DNA of 64,000 nucleotides from contig CALVNE010000001.1 in the NCBI GenBank assembly GCA_944349515.1, positions 9,703-73,702 of the forward strand, read 5' to 3'. Made by a program: the position numbers and the translations under genes. The notes under the pieces are model-generated. The model had not been told where the DNA came from, searched no databases, and worked only from the letters and a program-made list of their open reading frames with translations. Each line of letters opens with the position of its first letter. Within the stretch, counting starts at the first letter, position 1. This document shows positions 46,394 through 55,488 of the stretch, one piece after another. The DNA comes from an uncultured Clostridia bacterium (GTDB lineage: Bacteria; Bacillota; Clostridia; Christensenellales; UBA1242).

Positions 46394-47063
46394 GGTGGAT
46401 ATGCCATTATATTTAGGAAGTAAGCAACTAACAAGAAACTTTATTGGTTCTTCTCCAATAAGGGAAATCTATTTCGGCAACAAAATAATAATGGGTTTTG
46501 TTGATGCAGGTTATTCTGCTGATGAAATGGTAGGAACACCGATTGATAATTCTAGTGTTTACCCAGAAATTACAGGAAGTGGTTCGAGGATAGTGGTGTC
46601 TACTAAGGATTATAATCCTGGGTATGGTTATACAAAATATTTTTGTGATTATATGGAATATACCATGATGTATTCAGGCGATATTTATGTCTTTGACAAA
46701 AATGGAAATGAACTTATAAGTGTTGTTTGCACTGATTCTTGGTCATTTGCCAAGAACGAGTGGACATTAACTTGTAAAGTGACTATGTTTGGTAAAGTTC
46801 TTATGGATGTAACGAATAAGTCAACAAATATAGATTCTGCGAACTTAAATGGCAAAATTTATTATGATACATCAAGTAAACAGTGGGTTTTTGAAAGAAA
46901 TAGAAGTGTTGTGAAAAGTGATGTGGTAGAATGGCAACCGACGTATTTTCGATTAACGCCTAAAATCTGGTTTTTAATATCTACTGTGTCAAGTATGTTC
47001 TTTGATGGTAATATAGCAATAACAAAAATGAATAAAGCGGTTGGGTATCCAAATGCAAAATGA
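46386..47063 (+). CDS. Hypothetical tail/baseplate protein
   Basis: Assigned by position. Start codon uncertain (GTG 46386 or ATG 46401). Confidence 0.4.
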   Translation: MYEVDMPLYLGSKQLTRNFIGSSPIREIYFGNKIIMGFVDAGYSADEMVGTPIDNSSVYPEITGSGSRIVVSTKDYNPGYGYTKYFCDYMEYTMMYSGDIYVFDKNGNELISVVCTDSWSFAKNEWTLTCKVTMFGKVLMDVTNKSTNIDSANLNGKIYYDTSSKQWVFERNRSVVKSDVVEWQPTYFRLTPKIWFLISTVSSMFFDGNIAITKMNKAVGYPNAK

Positions 47064-47072
47064 GGTGAATGA

Positions 47073-48533
47073 ATGCAAGGTTTAGAAATTACATTGAAAA
47101 GAAATAAGCAATACGAAGCGGAAAATAGCGAAGAATTTCTAGTTATTTCTGGTGAAAACAATGCAACTAGTATACTTGTGCATTTCCCTGAAGAATATAT
47201 GGATTATTCAAAAAGAGTAGATTTTAATAATGTTAGAGGCGAGAAATGGACAATAGGTTTATATACACCAGAAGATAAAACAATGGAATATGGAGATGAA
47301 TTTGATAAATTAAATTTTGTATTTACATTGCCAACACAGGTCACTGTAAATGGAGAATTAAAAATTCAATTTATTGCCTATTTGTGCGATGGCAGTGAAA
47401 CATTAGTGCCATTTAAAATGCTGAAACTAAAAGTTAACGAGGCTATTAATTATGCAAAGCAGTTAAGCGTGGAGAATCCAGATCTCATTGTTAAGGCTTA
47501 CGAATATAGCAATCTAGCAATGGAATCTGCAAAAGCTGCAGAAAATAGTGCAAGTGAGTCTGTGGCAAGTGCTTTATCTGCACAACAAGATGCTACAAAA
47601 GCAGAACAATATGCTAAAACATGCGAAACAAAGGCTAACGAGGCTGCCTCATCTGCACAATCAAGTTTGGAACTAGTGGAAGAATCATCAGAGCTAACAA
47701 GTCAAGCACAAGAATCGGCTTCACAGGCTCAACAATCTGCCGAGCAAGCTCAACAATCAGCAAGTGAAGCAGCACAAGATGCAGAAATTGCGAATAACAA
47801 TTCTCAAACAGCATTATCCAATTCAAATGATGCTGTGAATACCTCAAATAAAGCACTTGAAATAGTGGATAATTTGACACTATCGAAAGAGGTAGTAGAT
47901 TGTGAGCAAGATCCAAATGTTATAATTGAAACCGACAATACTACGAAGCATAAAAACTTAAAATTTACTTTGCCAGAACCTAAGAAGGGGACTTCATATA
48001 GAAATCGTGGCGCTTGGGATAGTGGCATTCAATATTTAAATGATGAGTATTATATAGACACTGTCAGCAGATATGGGTGTACTTACTATTGTAAGGTTAC
48101 AAACACAAATCAAGCACCAATAGATAGTGCAGACAATGATTATTGGGGCTTACTAGCATTGAAAGGCAATGATGCCGGCATAACAATTATTGATAATTTA
48201 GAATCAGATCATGCTGATTACGCTTTATCAGCAAAACAGGGAAATATTCTGAAAAGTAAAATAGAAGAAACTAAACAACAGATTTTAGGAAATGTAGAAA
48301 CTCAATTAAATACATTAGAAAAAGTTGCTAATTCGATTAATAACGACAGTAATGTTTATCAAACAATATTGAATGCAATACAGAATGTAAAAGAAGAGAT
48401 AATTTCACAAATTAATAGTGTTGAAAGTGATTTAAATTCTGATATAGATAATTTACAAAATCAAATCGATAAAATGCTGAATGGAACAACAGTATTTACA
48501 TTACTAAAAGCCAATTCAATAGATGTTATATAA
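47073..48533 (+). CDS. Tail fibre protein
   Basis: Central Ala/Gln/Ser-rich coiled coil (SAQQDATKAEQYAK...ESASQAQQSAEQAQQSASEA) and a C-terminal globular domain. Confidence 0.65.
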   Translation: MQGLEITLKRNKQYEAENSEEFLVISGENNATSILVHFPEEYMDYSKRVDFNNVRGEKWTIGLYTPEDKTMEYGDEFDKLNFVFTLPTQVTVNGELKIQFIAYLCDGSETLVPFKMLKLKVNEAINYAKQLSVENPDLIVKAYEYSNLAMESAKAAENSASESVASALSAQQDATKAEQYAKTCETKANEAASSAQSSLELVEESSELTSQAQESASQAQQSAEQAQQSASEAAQDAEIANNNSQTALSNSNDAVNTSNKALEIVDNLTLSKEVVDCEQDPNVIIETDNTTKHKNLKFTLPEPKKGTSYRNRGAWDSGIQYLNDEYYIDTVSRYGCTYYCKVTNTNQAPIDSADNDYWGLLALKGNDAGITIIDNLESDHADYALSAKQGNILKSKIEETKQQILGNVETQLNTLEKVANSINNDSNVYQTILNAIQNVKEEIISQINSVESDLNSDIDNLQNQIDKMLNGTTVFTLLKANSIDVI

Positions 48534-48543
48534 AGGAGATAAA

Positions 48544-48846
48544 ATGATTTCAGTAGTTTTGAGTGCAGTTGCGAGTGTGCTTTCTGGACTCATTCTTTAT
48601 TTTCTTCAACGTTATTTTAAAAAGAAAGAGAAGATAGAAGAGGAAAGGGAAAAGCAACATCATAAAAAAGATGCCTTAATAATTAAAAGTATAGAAGCGG
48701 TTGGGAAACTTACAGAAGCGAATTCAATTGCATTAAGAGATGGGAAAACGAATGGAGAAATGCATGAAGCATTAAATAATTATAAAAATGTCGAGCAGGA
48801 AATGCTCGATTTTTTAATTGAAAAATCAATAGATAAAGGAGAATAA
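48544..48846 (+). CDS. Small membrane-anchored protein (lysis-cassette position)
   Basis: One N-terminal TM helix, then a charged helix. AAAGGAGA RBS before the ATG at 48544. Confidence 0.45.
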   Translation: MISVVLSAVASVLSGLILYFLQRYFKKKEKIEEEREKQHHKKDALIIKSIEAVGKLTEANSIALRDGKTNGEMHEALNNYKNVEQEMLDFLIEKSIDKGE

Positions 48847-48848
48847 CA

Positions 48849-49166
48849 ATGATAGAGATTATTTGTGTACCAGTGATAGTAGCACTTGTTTTTGTAATTA
48901 TGGAAATTTATAAAAAATTTATTGCAAAAGAAAATAAAATTCTAATTGCAATTATACCTATTATAGGTGCAGTGCTAGGAATAGTTTTTGGTATAGTTTG
49001 CTTTTACGCAATTCCGAGTATTATTCCTGCAACTAATGTATTAACTGCCATTTTGATTGGAGGTGCTAGTGGTTTGTCTGCGACTGGATGTAATCAAATA
49101 TTTAAACAATTGAAAAAATATGGTATTGAAATAAAAGAAATTAATGAGGAATCAAAAGATGAGTAA
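48849..49166 (+). CDS. Holin (Hol44/holin-5-like)
   Basis: Three hydrophobic helices. GGASGLSATGCNQIFKQLKK tail typical of this holin class. Confidence 0.65.
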   Translation: MIEIICVPVIVALVFVIMEIYKKFIAKENKILIAIIPIIGAVLGIVFGIVCFYAIPSIIPATNVLTAILIGGASGLSATGCNQIFKQLKKYGIEIKEINEESKDE

Positions 49167-49299
49167 TATTGATTATTTATTTTGTAAAGGTGTAATTGAT
49201 CTACTTTTAAGTAAAAATTTAATAACAATTAAAGAACATAAAGAAATTGATGCATTAAATAGAAAGAAATTGACGTGTCTAAATAGTCTTATTTTTTAG
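49159..49299 (+). CDS. Small ORF (46 aa) not in the supplied track
   Basis: The ATG overlaps the holin stop. MSNIDYLFCKGVIDLLLSKNLITIKEHKEIDALNRKKL... has a SHOCT-like helix-turn pattern. Function unknown. Confidence 0.3.
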   Translation: MSNIDYLFCKGVIDLLLSKNLITIKEHKEIDALNRKKLTCLNSLIF

Positions 49300-49303
49300 A
49301 AAA

Positions 49304-49341
49304 TTCTCTGGACTTTGATAAAAATTTGCGGTAATGTTTGT
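49304..49341 (+). promoter_or_regulatory. Conserved promoter-like element, copy C
   Basis: TTCTCTGGACTT-N9-TTTGCGGTAATGTTTG, i.e. TGGACT (49309-49314), 17-nt spacer, TAATGT (49332-49337), 25 nt before the recombinase ATG. Confidence 0.5.
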
Positions 49342-49361
49342 GCTAACCAAAGGAGGTACGA

Positions 49362-50822
49362 ATGACAGTTAAAATCATCGAAAAAAAACAAGAAGAAATT
49401 CCTTGTTGTGCTTATGTAAGAGTTAGCACAAAAAAGGATGAGCAAGAACATAGTATGCTTTTACAAGAATCATATTGGTTAGAAAAACTTAAAAATTTAC
49501 CAAATAGAAAATTTTGTGGGATTTATGTGGATCAAGGCATAAGTGGATACAAAGTTATTCAAAGAAAAGAATATTGCAAAATGATTGAGTTTGCTCTTGC
49601 AGGATTTATCAAAGAGATTTACACAAAAAGTATTTATAGATTTGGTAGAAATACTTATGAGGCTGTTGAAACAATACAAAAGTTACGAGAAGCAGGAGTT
49701 GCAGTAATTTTTGAAACTGAAGAAATAAACACTTTGACTTGCTCAAGCGATCTGTTATTAAAATTGAAATCAATATTCGCAGAGCAAGAATTGAAGAATA
49801 TGAGTAAAAATGTTCTATTCAATGTGAGGAATAGATTCCAAAAAGGCATTGTACCCATATTTCATGTTTATGGTTATGATTTAGATGAAAATAAAAAATT
49901 TCAAATCAATCATGATCAAGCAAAAGTTGTTCAGTTTATATTTACTTTATATTTAAAAGGTTATGGGTATGATGGAGTATCTAAAGAGTTAAACAAATTA
50001 AAAATTAGAGCTCCGCAGGGAGAAATGTGGAGAGGGGGAACAATTCAAAGAATACTTACCAATCCTATTTATATTGGCAATGTGTTACTACAAAAAAGAA
50101 TAACTGTTGATGGCAAATTAAAACCTAATAATGGCGATGCGGCTAAATATTTGGTAGAAAACAACCATGAACCTATTATAGATAAGGAAACATTTGATTG
50201 TGTACAACAAGAAATTCTTAAACGTAGTAAAGGAAAAGCTAATCATAGTCGCACATATTCATTAAGCAAAAAAATAATTTGTGGAAATTGTGGTAAGGTT
50301 TATAGCCATGTAATAAATAGTAGAATAGTAAATTTCGATAATGAATTATGGGTATGTTCACTTAAAAATAGATTTAATAAGAGTTATTGCTTATCAAATA
50401 ATATCAGTGATACCTTGATAAAAGAAATTATTGTTGATGCTTATAATGATTATATTGACCTACCTTATGAGATAAAGACGGAAGATGAATTGCAGACTAG
50501 GAATAGAGATATTTCTATGGTGCTAGAAACACTAAAGAGGTATTATTTGGATAAATTAATAACTTATGAACAATATCAAACAGAAACTCAAAAATTAAAA
50601 AATGAACAATACGATATTGTTAAAAAGTTGAGAGATAATAAAATTATGAGTCTATACAAAAAACCAACAAAAAAAGTCTCTGCATTCTCTGATGAAATAG
50701 TATTAAATCATATAGACCACATAGAAATAGATGGCTACAAAGTTAAAATTATATTTAAAAATTCACAAGAAGTAGTTAAGGAGTTTAAATATGAACATAG
50801 AAAATACTGCAAGAACTATTAA
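49362..50822 (+). CDS. Large serine recombinase 1
   Basis: Catalytic YVRVSTKKDEQ, resolvase domain, recombinase domain and Zn-ribbon CGNCGK...WVCS. Confidence 0.9.
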   Translation: MTVKIIEKKQEEIPCCAYVRVSTKKDEQEHSMLLQESYWLEKLKNLPNRKFCGIYVDQGISGYKVIQRKEYCKMIEFALAGFIKEIYTKSIYRFGRNTYEAVETIQKLREAGVAVIFETEEINTLTCSSDLLLKLKSIFAEQELKNMSKNVLFNVRNRFQKGIVPIFHVYGYDLDENKKFQINHDQAKVVQFIFTLYLKGYGYDGVSKELNKLKIRAPQGEMWRGGTIQRILTNPIYIGNVLLQKRITVDGKLKPNNGDAAKYLVENNHEPIIDKETFDCVQQEILKRSKGKANHSRTYSLSKKIICGNCGKVYSHVINSRIVNFDNELWVCSLKNRFNKSYCLSNNISDTLIKEIIVDAYNDYIDLPYEIKTEDELQTRNRDISMVLETLKRYYLDKLITYEQYQTETQKLKNEQYDIVKKLRDNKIMSLYKKPTKKVSAFSDEIVLNHIDHIEIDGYKVKIIFKNSQEVVKEFKYEHRKYCKNY

Positions 50823-52374
50823 AATAATACCTATTCAGCAAGCAAAATCGGATAAAATTCGAACAGCAATTAAAGAAAAAGTGTGTGCCTATGCTAGAGT
50901 TAGTACTGATAACGAAGATCAACTAAATAGTTATGAAACTCAATGTAAATATTATAATGAAAAATTAAGCAAAGATCCAAATATTATTTATGTTGGATTA
51001 TATGCAGACCCTGGGCGAACTGGAACTAAAATGAGAATAAGAAAAGATTTTCTACGAATGATAGAAGATTGTAGAGCTGGAAAAATAACCAGGATTATAA
51101 CAAAATCTGTTCAAAGATTTGCTAGGAATACTGTTGAATGTTTAAATATAGCGAGAGAATTAAGCAATAGAGGGATAACAATATATTTTGAAACTAATGG
51201 TATAGATACAGCAGATCCTGGCTCATGGCTGATATTAAGTATTATGGCGTCTATTGCTGAAGAGGAAAGTAGAACAATTTCGCATAATGTTAGTTGGGCT
51301 TATCAAAAAAAGTTTCAAAAAGGTGAATATGCTGGTGGCCAAATTTATGGATATAAAATAGAAAAGAATAAATTTGAAATTGTGCAAGATCAAGCATTGG
51401 TTGTAAAACGAATTTTTAATGAATTTATGCAGGGGAAAACATTACGTGCTATACAGATTGGGCTTGAGGCAGATGGTATTTTAAGTCCTGGCGGAAAACA
51501 AAAATGGCTTCATTCTACAATAAAATCAATTCTTCAAAATGAAAAGTATAAAGGCGATTTGATACTTCAAAAGACATATAAAGTTGATGTGCTATGTGAC
51601 AGAAAAGCTAATAATGGAGAAAAACCTAAATATTTAGTTTCCAACAATCATTTACCAATTATAGAAAGGTCATTGTTTGATGCCGTTCAGGTTGAATTAA
51701 AAAACAGATTTAAAAGGAAAACTGAAGAAATTGGGTTGGGTAATTTTACATGCGAGTATGCTTTTAGCACTATAGTAGAATGTGGAGAATGTGGTCATAA
51801 ATTTAGAAGGCATAGTCAGTGGAGTTTAGACCATAGCAAGAAAGTTCCAATTTGGGTATGCACTAAACATCAAAAGGAACACGATAAATGTTCAATGAAA
51901 CCAATTAAGGAAGAGTGCTTGGAACAAGGATTTTTAAAGGCAATAAACAAGATTGTAGATAACAAGGAAGAGTTGTTGAATATGATAGTAAATAATGCTA
52001 GAGAAGTTATAGACCAACCTAATGTTTATACAATCAATGATTTAACAGAAAATCTATCACAAAAGCAAGAGGAGTTAGTTGTATTAAGTCAAAAGTATTC
52101 TATAAGGCCTACTGAGGAGCAACAGAATCAGGTTTCTAATTTAATAGAAGAAATACGGAGTATCCAAGAACAAATGGAAATAATAAGACAAAAGAACAAT
52201 TCCATATGTATACTTGATTATAGACTTAATGAAATAAAGACAGTTCTAAAAGGGGTTTATAATACCTTCCATAAAGATATATGCAAAGCTTTACTTGAAA
52301 AAGTTGTAATTAAAGACAAGCATAGTGCAACATACGTATTTAAATGTGGCATAGCAATAGAACAAGAAATTTAA
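50791..52374 (+). CDS. Large serine recombinase 2
   Basis: Catalytic YARVSTDNEDQ, Zn-ribbon CGECGH...WVCTKH, C-terminal coiled coil. Overlaps recombinase 1 by 32 nt. Confidence 0.9.
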   Translation: MNIENTARTIKIIPIQQAKSDKIRTAIKEKVCAYARVSTDNEDQLNSYETQCKYYNEKLSKDPNIIYVGLYADPGRTGTKMRIRKDFLRMIEDCRAGKITRIITKSVQRFARNTVECLNIARELSNRGITIYFETNGIDTADPGSWLILSIMASIAEEESRTISHNVSWAYQKKFQKGEYAGGQIYGYKIEKNKFEIVQDQALVVKRIFNEFMQGKTLRAIQIGLEADGILSPGGKQKWLHSTIKSILQNEKYKGDLILQKTYKVDVLCDRKANNGEKPKYLVSNNHLPIIERSLFDAVQVELKNRFKRKTEEIGLGNFTCEYAFSTIVECGECGHKFRRHSQWSLDHSKKVPIWVCTKHQKEHDKCSMKPIKEECLEQGFLKAINKIVDNKEELLNMIVNNAREVIDQPNVYTINDLTENLSQKQEELVVLSQKYSIRPTEEQQNQVSNLIEEIRSIQEQMEIIRQKNNSICILDYRLNEIKTVLKGVYNTFHKDICKALLEKVVIKDKHSATYVFKCGIAIEQEI

Positions 52375-52412
52375 CCCATTAGGACTAATCCTAATGGGTA
52401 GTTTTTTATTTT
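52374..52412 (+). terminator. Rho-independent terminator
   Basis: ACCCATTAGGA / TCCTAATGGGT stem, CTAA loop, T-tract. Confidence 0.75.
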
Positions 52413-52675
52413 GATTTAAAAAAATTATGTGGTATAACATGTATAGCATACCTTAAATTGATTTATTATTGTTGATTTGATATTCAAAAGAAATCAAAAA
52501 TTAATCAAAGTTTACAAAGAAATCAAACATAGTAAATACAAAAAAATAAGACGCTTTGAAAGAAGTCTTATTTTAAATGTTATGCAAACACAATATACAG
52601 GAAAGTTTATTAACCTCAACACAATATATAGTGCTTTTTAGTCTTTTTAAAAAAAGACATTTTGGATAGGTGATT

Positions 52676-52761
52676 TGGTGCTGGTGGTGGGGGTCGAACC
52701 CACATGAAGTTGCCCTCGCGGGATTTTGAGTCCCGTGCGTCTGCCATTCCGCCACACCAGC
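52676..52761 (-). tRNA. tRNA-Leu (anticodon CAA), class II with long variable arm, CCA encoded
   Basis: Reverse complement is GCTGGTG..GCGGAATGGCAGACGCA CGGGA-CTCAAAA-TCCCG CGAGGGCAACTTCATG GTGGG-TTCGACC-CCCAC CACCAGC-A-CCA. The 7-bp acceptor, anticodon and T stems all pair. Confidence 0.9.
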
Positions 52762-53121
52762 ATGATTGATTAGATATGTTGCCACACTTTGATATGTTTT
52801 GTAAGCGAAAGTTTGTTTTGTGCTTCTTATACCATTATTTTGTGCTTACAATTTTTGTAAGTTATATTATTATAACTATATTACAATTTTTTAATGTTTG
52901 GTTTTTATTAATATGTTATGTCTAAGGGTGTGCATTTAAAAACGAATATTAGTTAAAAAATGCATATATATTGTAAGCGAATTTTGTTGCAACGCTTAGA
53001 GTTTAGCATATTTAGTTGATTTTTGCAAGCATTTTTTATTTATTTTTAAATTTTCGGGCATTTTCTCTTGCTTATTTTTGCGAAAGGCTATATAATAATA
53101 TTGAAAAATAGGTAAAACACA

Positions 53122-55488
53122 ATGATTTTTAAGAAATTTTTTAATCAAAATTCCGCCCTCGCCAAGAGTTATGCGGAAAAGTTTGATGTTTTGCCGTCAA
53201 CTATGTACCTTATTTTGTCACGCGGGCTGGTGAGCGAGAAGGAAATTGAAGAATATCTTTCGGTTGGAAAACTTTTGGACCCATTTTTAATTAAGGGTAT
53301 GAAGGAATTTTGCGAAAGAATTAAACTTGCCAAAGAGTTGGGCGATAGAATCCTCATCTTCGGCGATTACGATGTCGACGGAATAAGTGCGACGGCAATT
53401 ATGCTTAAAACATTAAAAAGGTTGGAGATTGACGCCGACTTCTATCTGCCGAACCGCTATGAGGACGGCTATGGTCTTTCATGCGAGGTGATTGATAAGA
53501 TTGAGAAGAAGTTTTGCCCCGACCTTATCATCACGGTGGACTGCGGAATTTCCTGCCATGACGAAGTGGAGTATTGCAAGCAAAAGGGGATTGACATCAT
53601 CATTACCGACCACCATGAGATACCCGAGTTTCTGCCGGAGACCTTAGTGCTTAATGCCAAAATCAAGGGGCAGGATTATCCTTTCACCGAACTTTGCGGA
53701 ACGGGTATGGCGTATAAGATTTCGGAGGCGCTCCTTGGGCAGAAAAAGGCAGAGGAGTTTTTGCCGATTGCCGCCATTGCCACCATTGCCGACATTGTTT
53801 CTTTGACCGGTGAGAATAGAAACATCGTCAAGCGCGGATTTTTGAATTTTGACAAATTGCCGATTGGGCTAAAACAACTCTTTAAAGAAAACAAGGTTTC
53901 CTTGACGAACCCGCTTTCCAGCGACATCGCCTTTAAGATTGCGCCAAAGATAAACTCGGCGGGCAGAATGGGCAAGGCGGAGGATAGTTTAAAACTTTAT
54001 ATGAGCGAGGATATGGTGGAGATTAGAACCTATCTTCAAAAGATAAACCGCCACAACACGCGCCGTCAGGAACTTTCTGCTATCATTATGGAGGACGCAG
54101 AAAAGGCGATAAAGAAAATGGACCTGTCGAAAACGCGTGTTATCTCTTTGGCGTCCAAAAAGTGGGACCAAGGCATACTTGGCATTGCGTGTGCGCGCCT
54201 TGTGGAGGAGTACAATCGCCCGGTCTTTTTGTTCTCGCAAGTGGGTGACGTTCTGCACGGCTCGGGGCGAAGTATTGACGACATCAACATCCACAAACTT
54301 TTGTCGTCAATGTCCGATATTTTGGAGACCTTTGGCGGGCATACCATGGCGGCGGGCTTGACGCTGAAAAGAGAAAACTATGAGGAATTTAGTAGGCGCG
54401 TGAACGCCTTTGTGTTTGAAAATATCAACGATGAGGTCTTTATTCCCATTAAATATTATGACCTCGACCTTAAACTTGAAGAGATTGACGAACGATTTTT
54501 GAATGAACTTAAACTTTTAGAGCCTTATGGGTGCGACAATCCTAAGCCAAAATTCCGCATAAATACCGAGAAACTAGAGTTAAAGCCGATGAAATATTGC
54601 CCGCAACACTGCAACATTCAAATCGGCGACTTGGAACTTGTTTACTTCAACTTTATGAAGAATTTTAACGCCCTATATTTTTCGCGATACAAGTCCTTCA
54701 TCTTTGAGTTTCAAGGACAGGGCAAAAAGGGGATGGTTGCCAATTTCGACGCCGGAAGTTTCATAATTGAAAACGCAAATTCATACACTTATCCGGTGCA
54801 ACTTGAGCAGTTATACTATGACCAAGTGGAAAGTTTGGACTTTTCCTACTATCCGCCAAGCGAACTTTTAAATTTTGTCGTTGGCACTGAAAAAAGCATT
54901 TATGGCACGGCGTTTGTCACCTTCGACGCCTATGAGTATGTTGCTTTTTCGCGAAATTATTCGAAGGATAACATCTTTCACATGGGCATTTATGACGAAA
55001 ATCTCATCGGCTATAACAGTCTTTTATTGGCGCCTCGCGGGCGAGAGTGGGCGAAGAATTTTGAGAAAATTATCTTCCTTTCGCCGGTGCTGGATAGTGC
55101 ATATTTAAGTGAAATTAAAAAGGTTTCAAATGCGGAGATATATCTTCCAACCATGACAAAAGAGGATAAAAATAGGTTTAAAAACCTAAACCTTTCGCGA
55201 GAAAATTTCGGAAAGGTGTTTAGGGCGCTTACTGCGCGTGGCGGTCAAAAGTTTTATTCTCCGGTTGACTTTTACGATGCGAAACTAAAGGGCAAGGTGA
55301 CCTTTGATACCTTCTATGTAGCGTACTTAACCTTTATCGAACTTGGGCTTATTAAAAAGGACGAGGAAGGATTTTTCTGCCACAGTGAAGTAAAAAATAT
55401 TAAGAGACCTCTTCAAGATTCCAAATTTTATAACAAACTGCAACTTATAATAAACTCGTGGAGTAAAAATGAGAGAAAAGATAATTGA
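53122..55488 (+). CDS. recJ: Single-stranded-DNA-specific exonuclease RecJ
   Basis: DHH motifs IFGDYDVDGISA, DCGIS and ITDHH. DHHA1 GGHTMAAG. Confidence 0.9.
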   Translation: MIFKKFFNQNSALAKSYAEKFDVLPSTMYLILSRGLVSEKEIEEYLSVGKLLDPFLIKGMKEFCERIKLAKELGDRILIFGDYDVDGISATAIMLKTLKRLEIDADFYLPNRYEDGYGLSCEVIDKIEKKFCPDLIITVDCGISCHDEVEYCKQKGIDIIITDHHEIPEFLPETLVLNAKIKGQDYPFTELCGTGMAYKISEALLGQKKAEEFLPIAAIATIADIVSLTGENRNIVKRGFLNFDKLPIGLKQLFKENKVSLTNPLSSDIAFKIAPKINSAGRMGKAEDSLKLYMSEDMVEIRTYLQKINRHNTRRQELSAIIMEDAEKAIKKMDLSKTRVISLASKKWDQGILGIACARLVEEYNRPVFLFSQVGDVLHGSGRSIDDINIHKLLSSMSDILETFGGHTMAAGLTLKRENYEEFSRRVNAFVFENINDEVFIPIKYYDLDLKLEEIDERFLNELKLLEPYGCDNPKPKFRINTEKLELKPMKYCPQHCNIQIGDLELVYFNFMKNFNALYFSRYKSFIFEFQGQGKKGMVANFDAGSFIIENANSYTYPVQLEQLYYDQVESLDFSYYPPSELLNFVVGTEKSIYGTAFVTFDAYEYVAFSRNYSKDNIFHMGIYDENLIGYNSLLLAPRGREWAKNFEKIIFLSPVLDSAYLSEIKKVSNAEIYLPTMTKEDKNRFKNLNLSRENFGKVFRALTARGGQKFYSPVDFYDAKLKGKVTFDTFYVAYLTFIELGLIKKDEEGFFCHSEVKNIKRPLQDSKFYNKLQLIINSWSKNERKDN

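Larger units (their letters stand above)
18950..52412. mobile_element. HK97-type siphovirus-like prophage (left boundary uncertain; may extend to about 8.3 kb)
   Basis: Co-oriented replication, packaging, head, tail and holin modules end in two large serine recombinase genes next to tRNA-Leu. Composition differs from both flanks. Confidence 0.75.

Noticed and set aside
52641-52658. Palindrome GTCTTTTTAAAAAAGAC next to the tRNA as a prophage att core
   Set aside because: It is more simply a bidirectional terminator for the tRNA gene. No matching copy was found at any candidate left boundary, and serine-integrase att cores are too short to identify by eye.
52573-52785. 70-aa minus-strand ORF
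   Set aside because: It overlaps the tRNA-Leu(CAA) gene (52676-52761). Its 'protein' is the tRNA read as codons.
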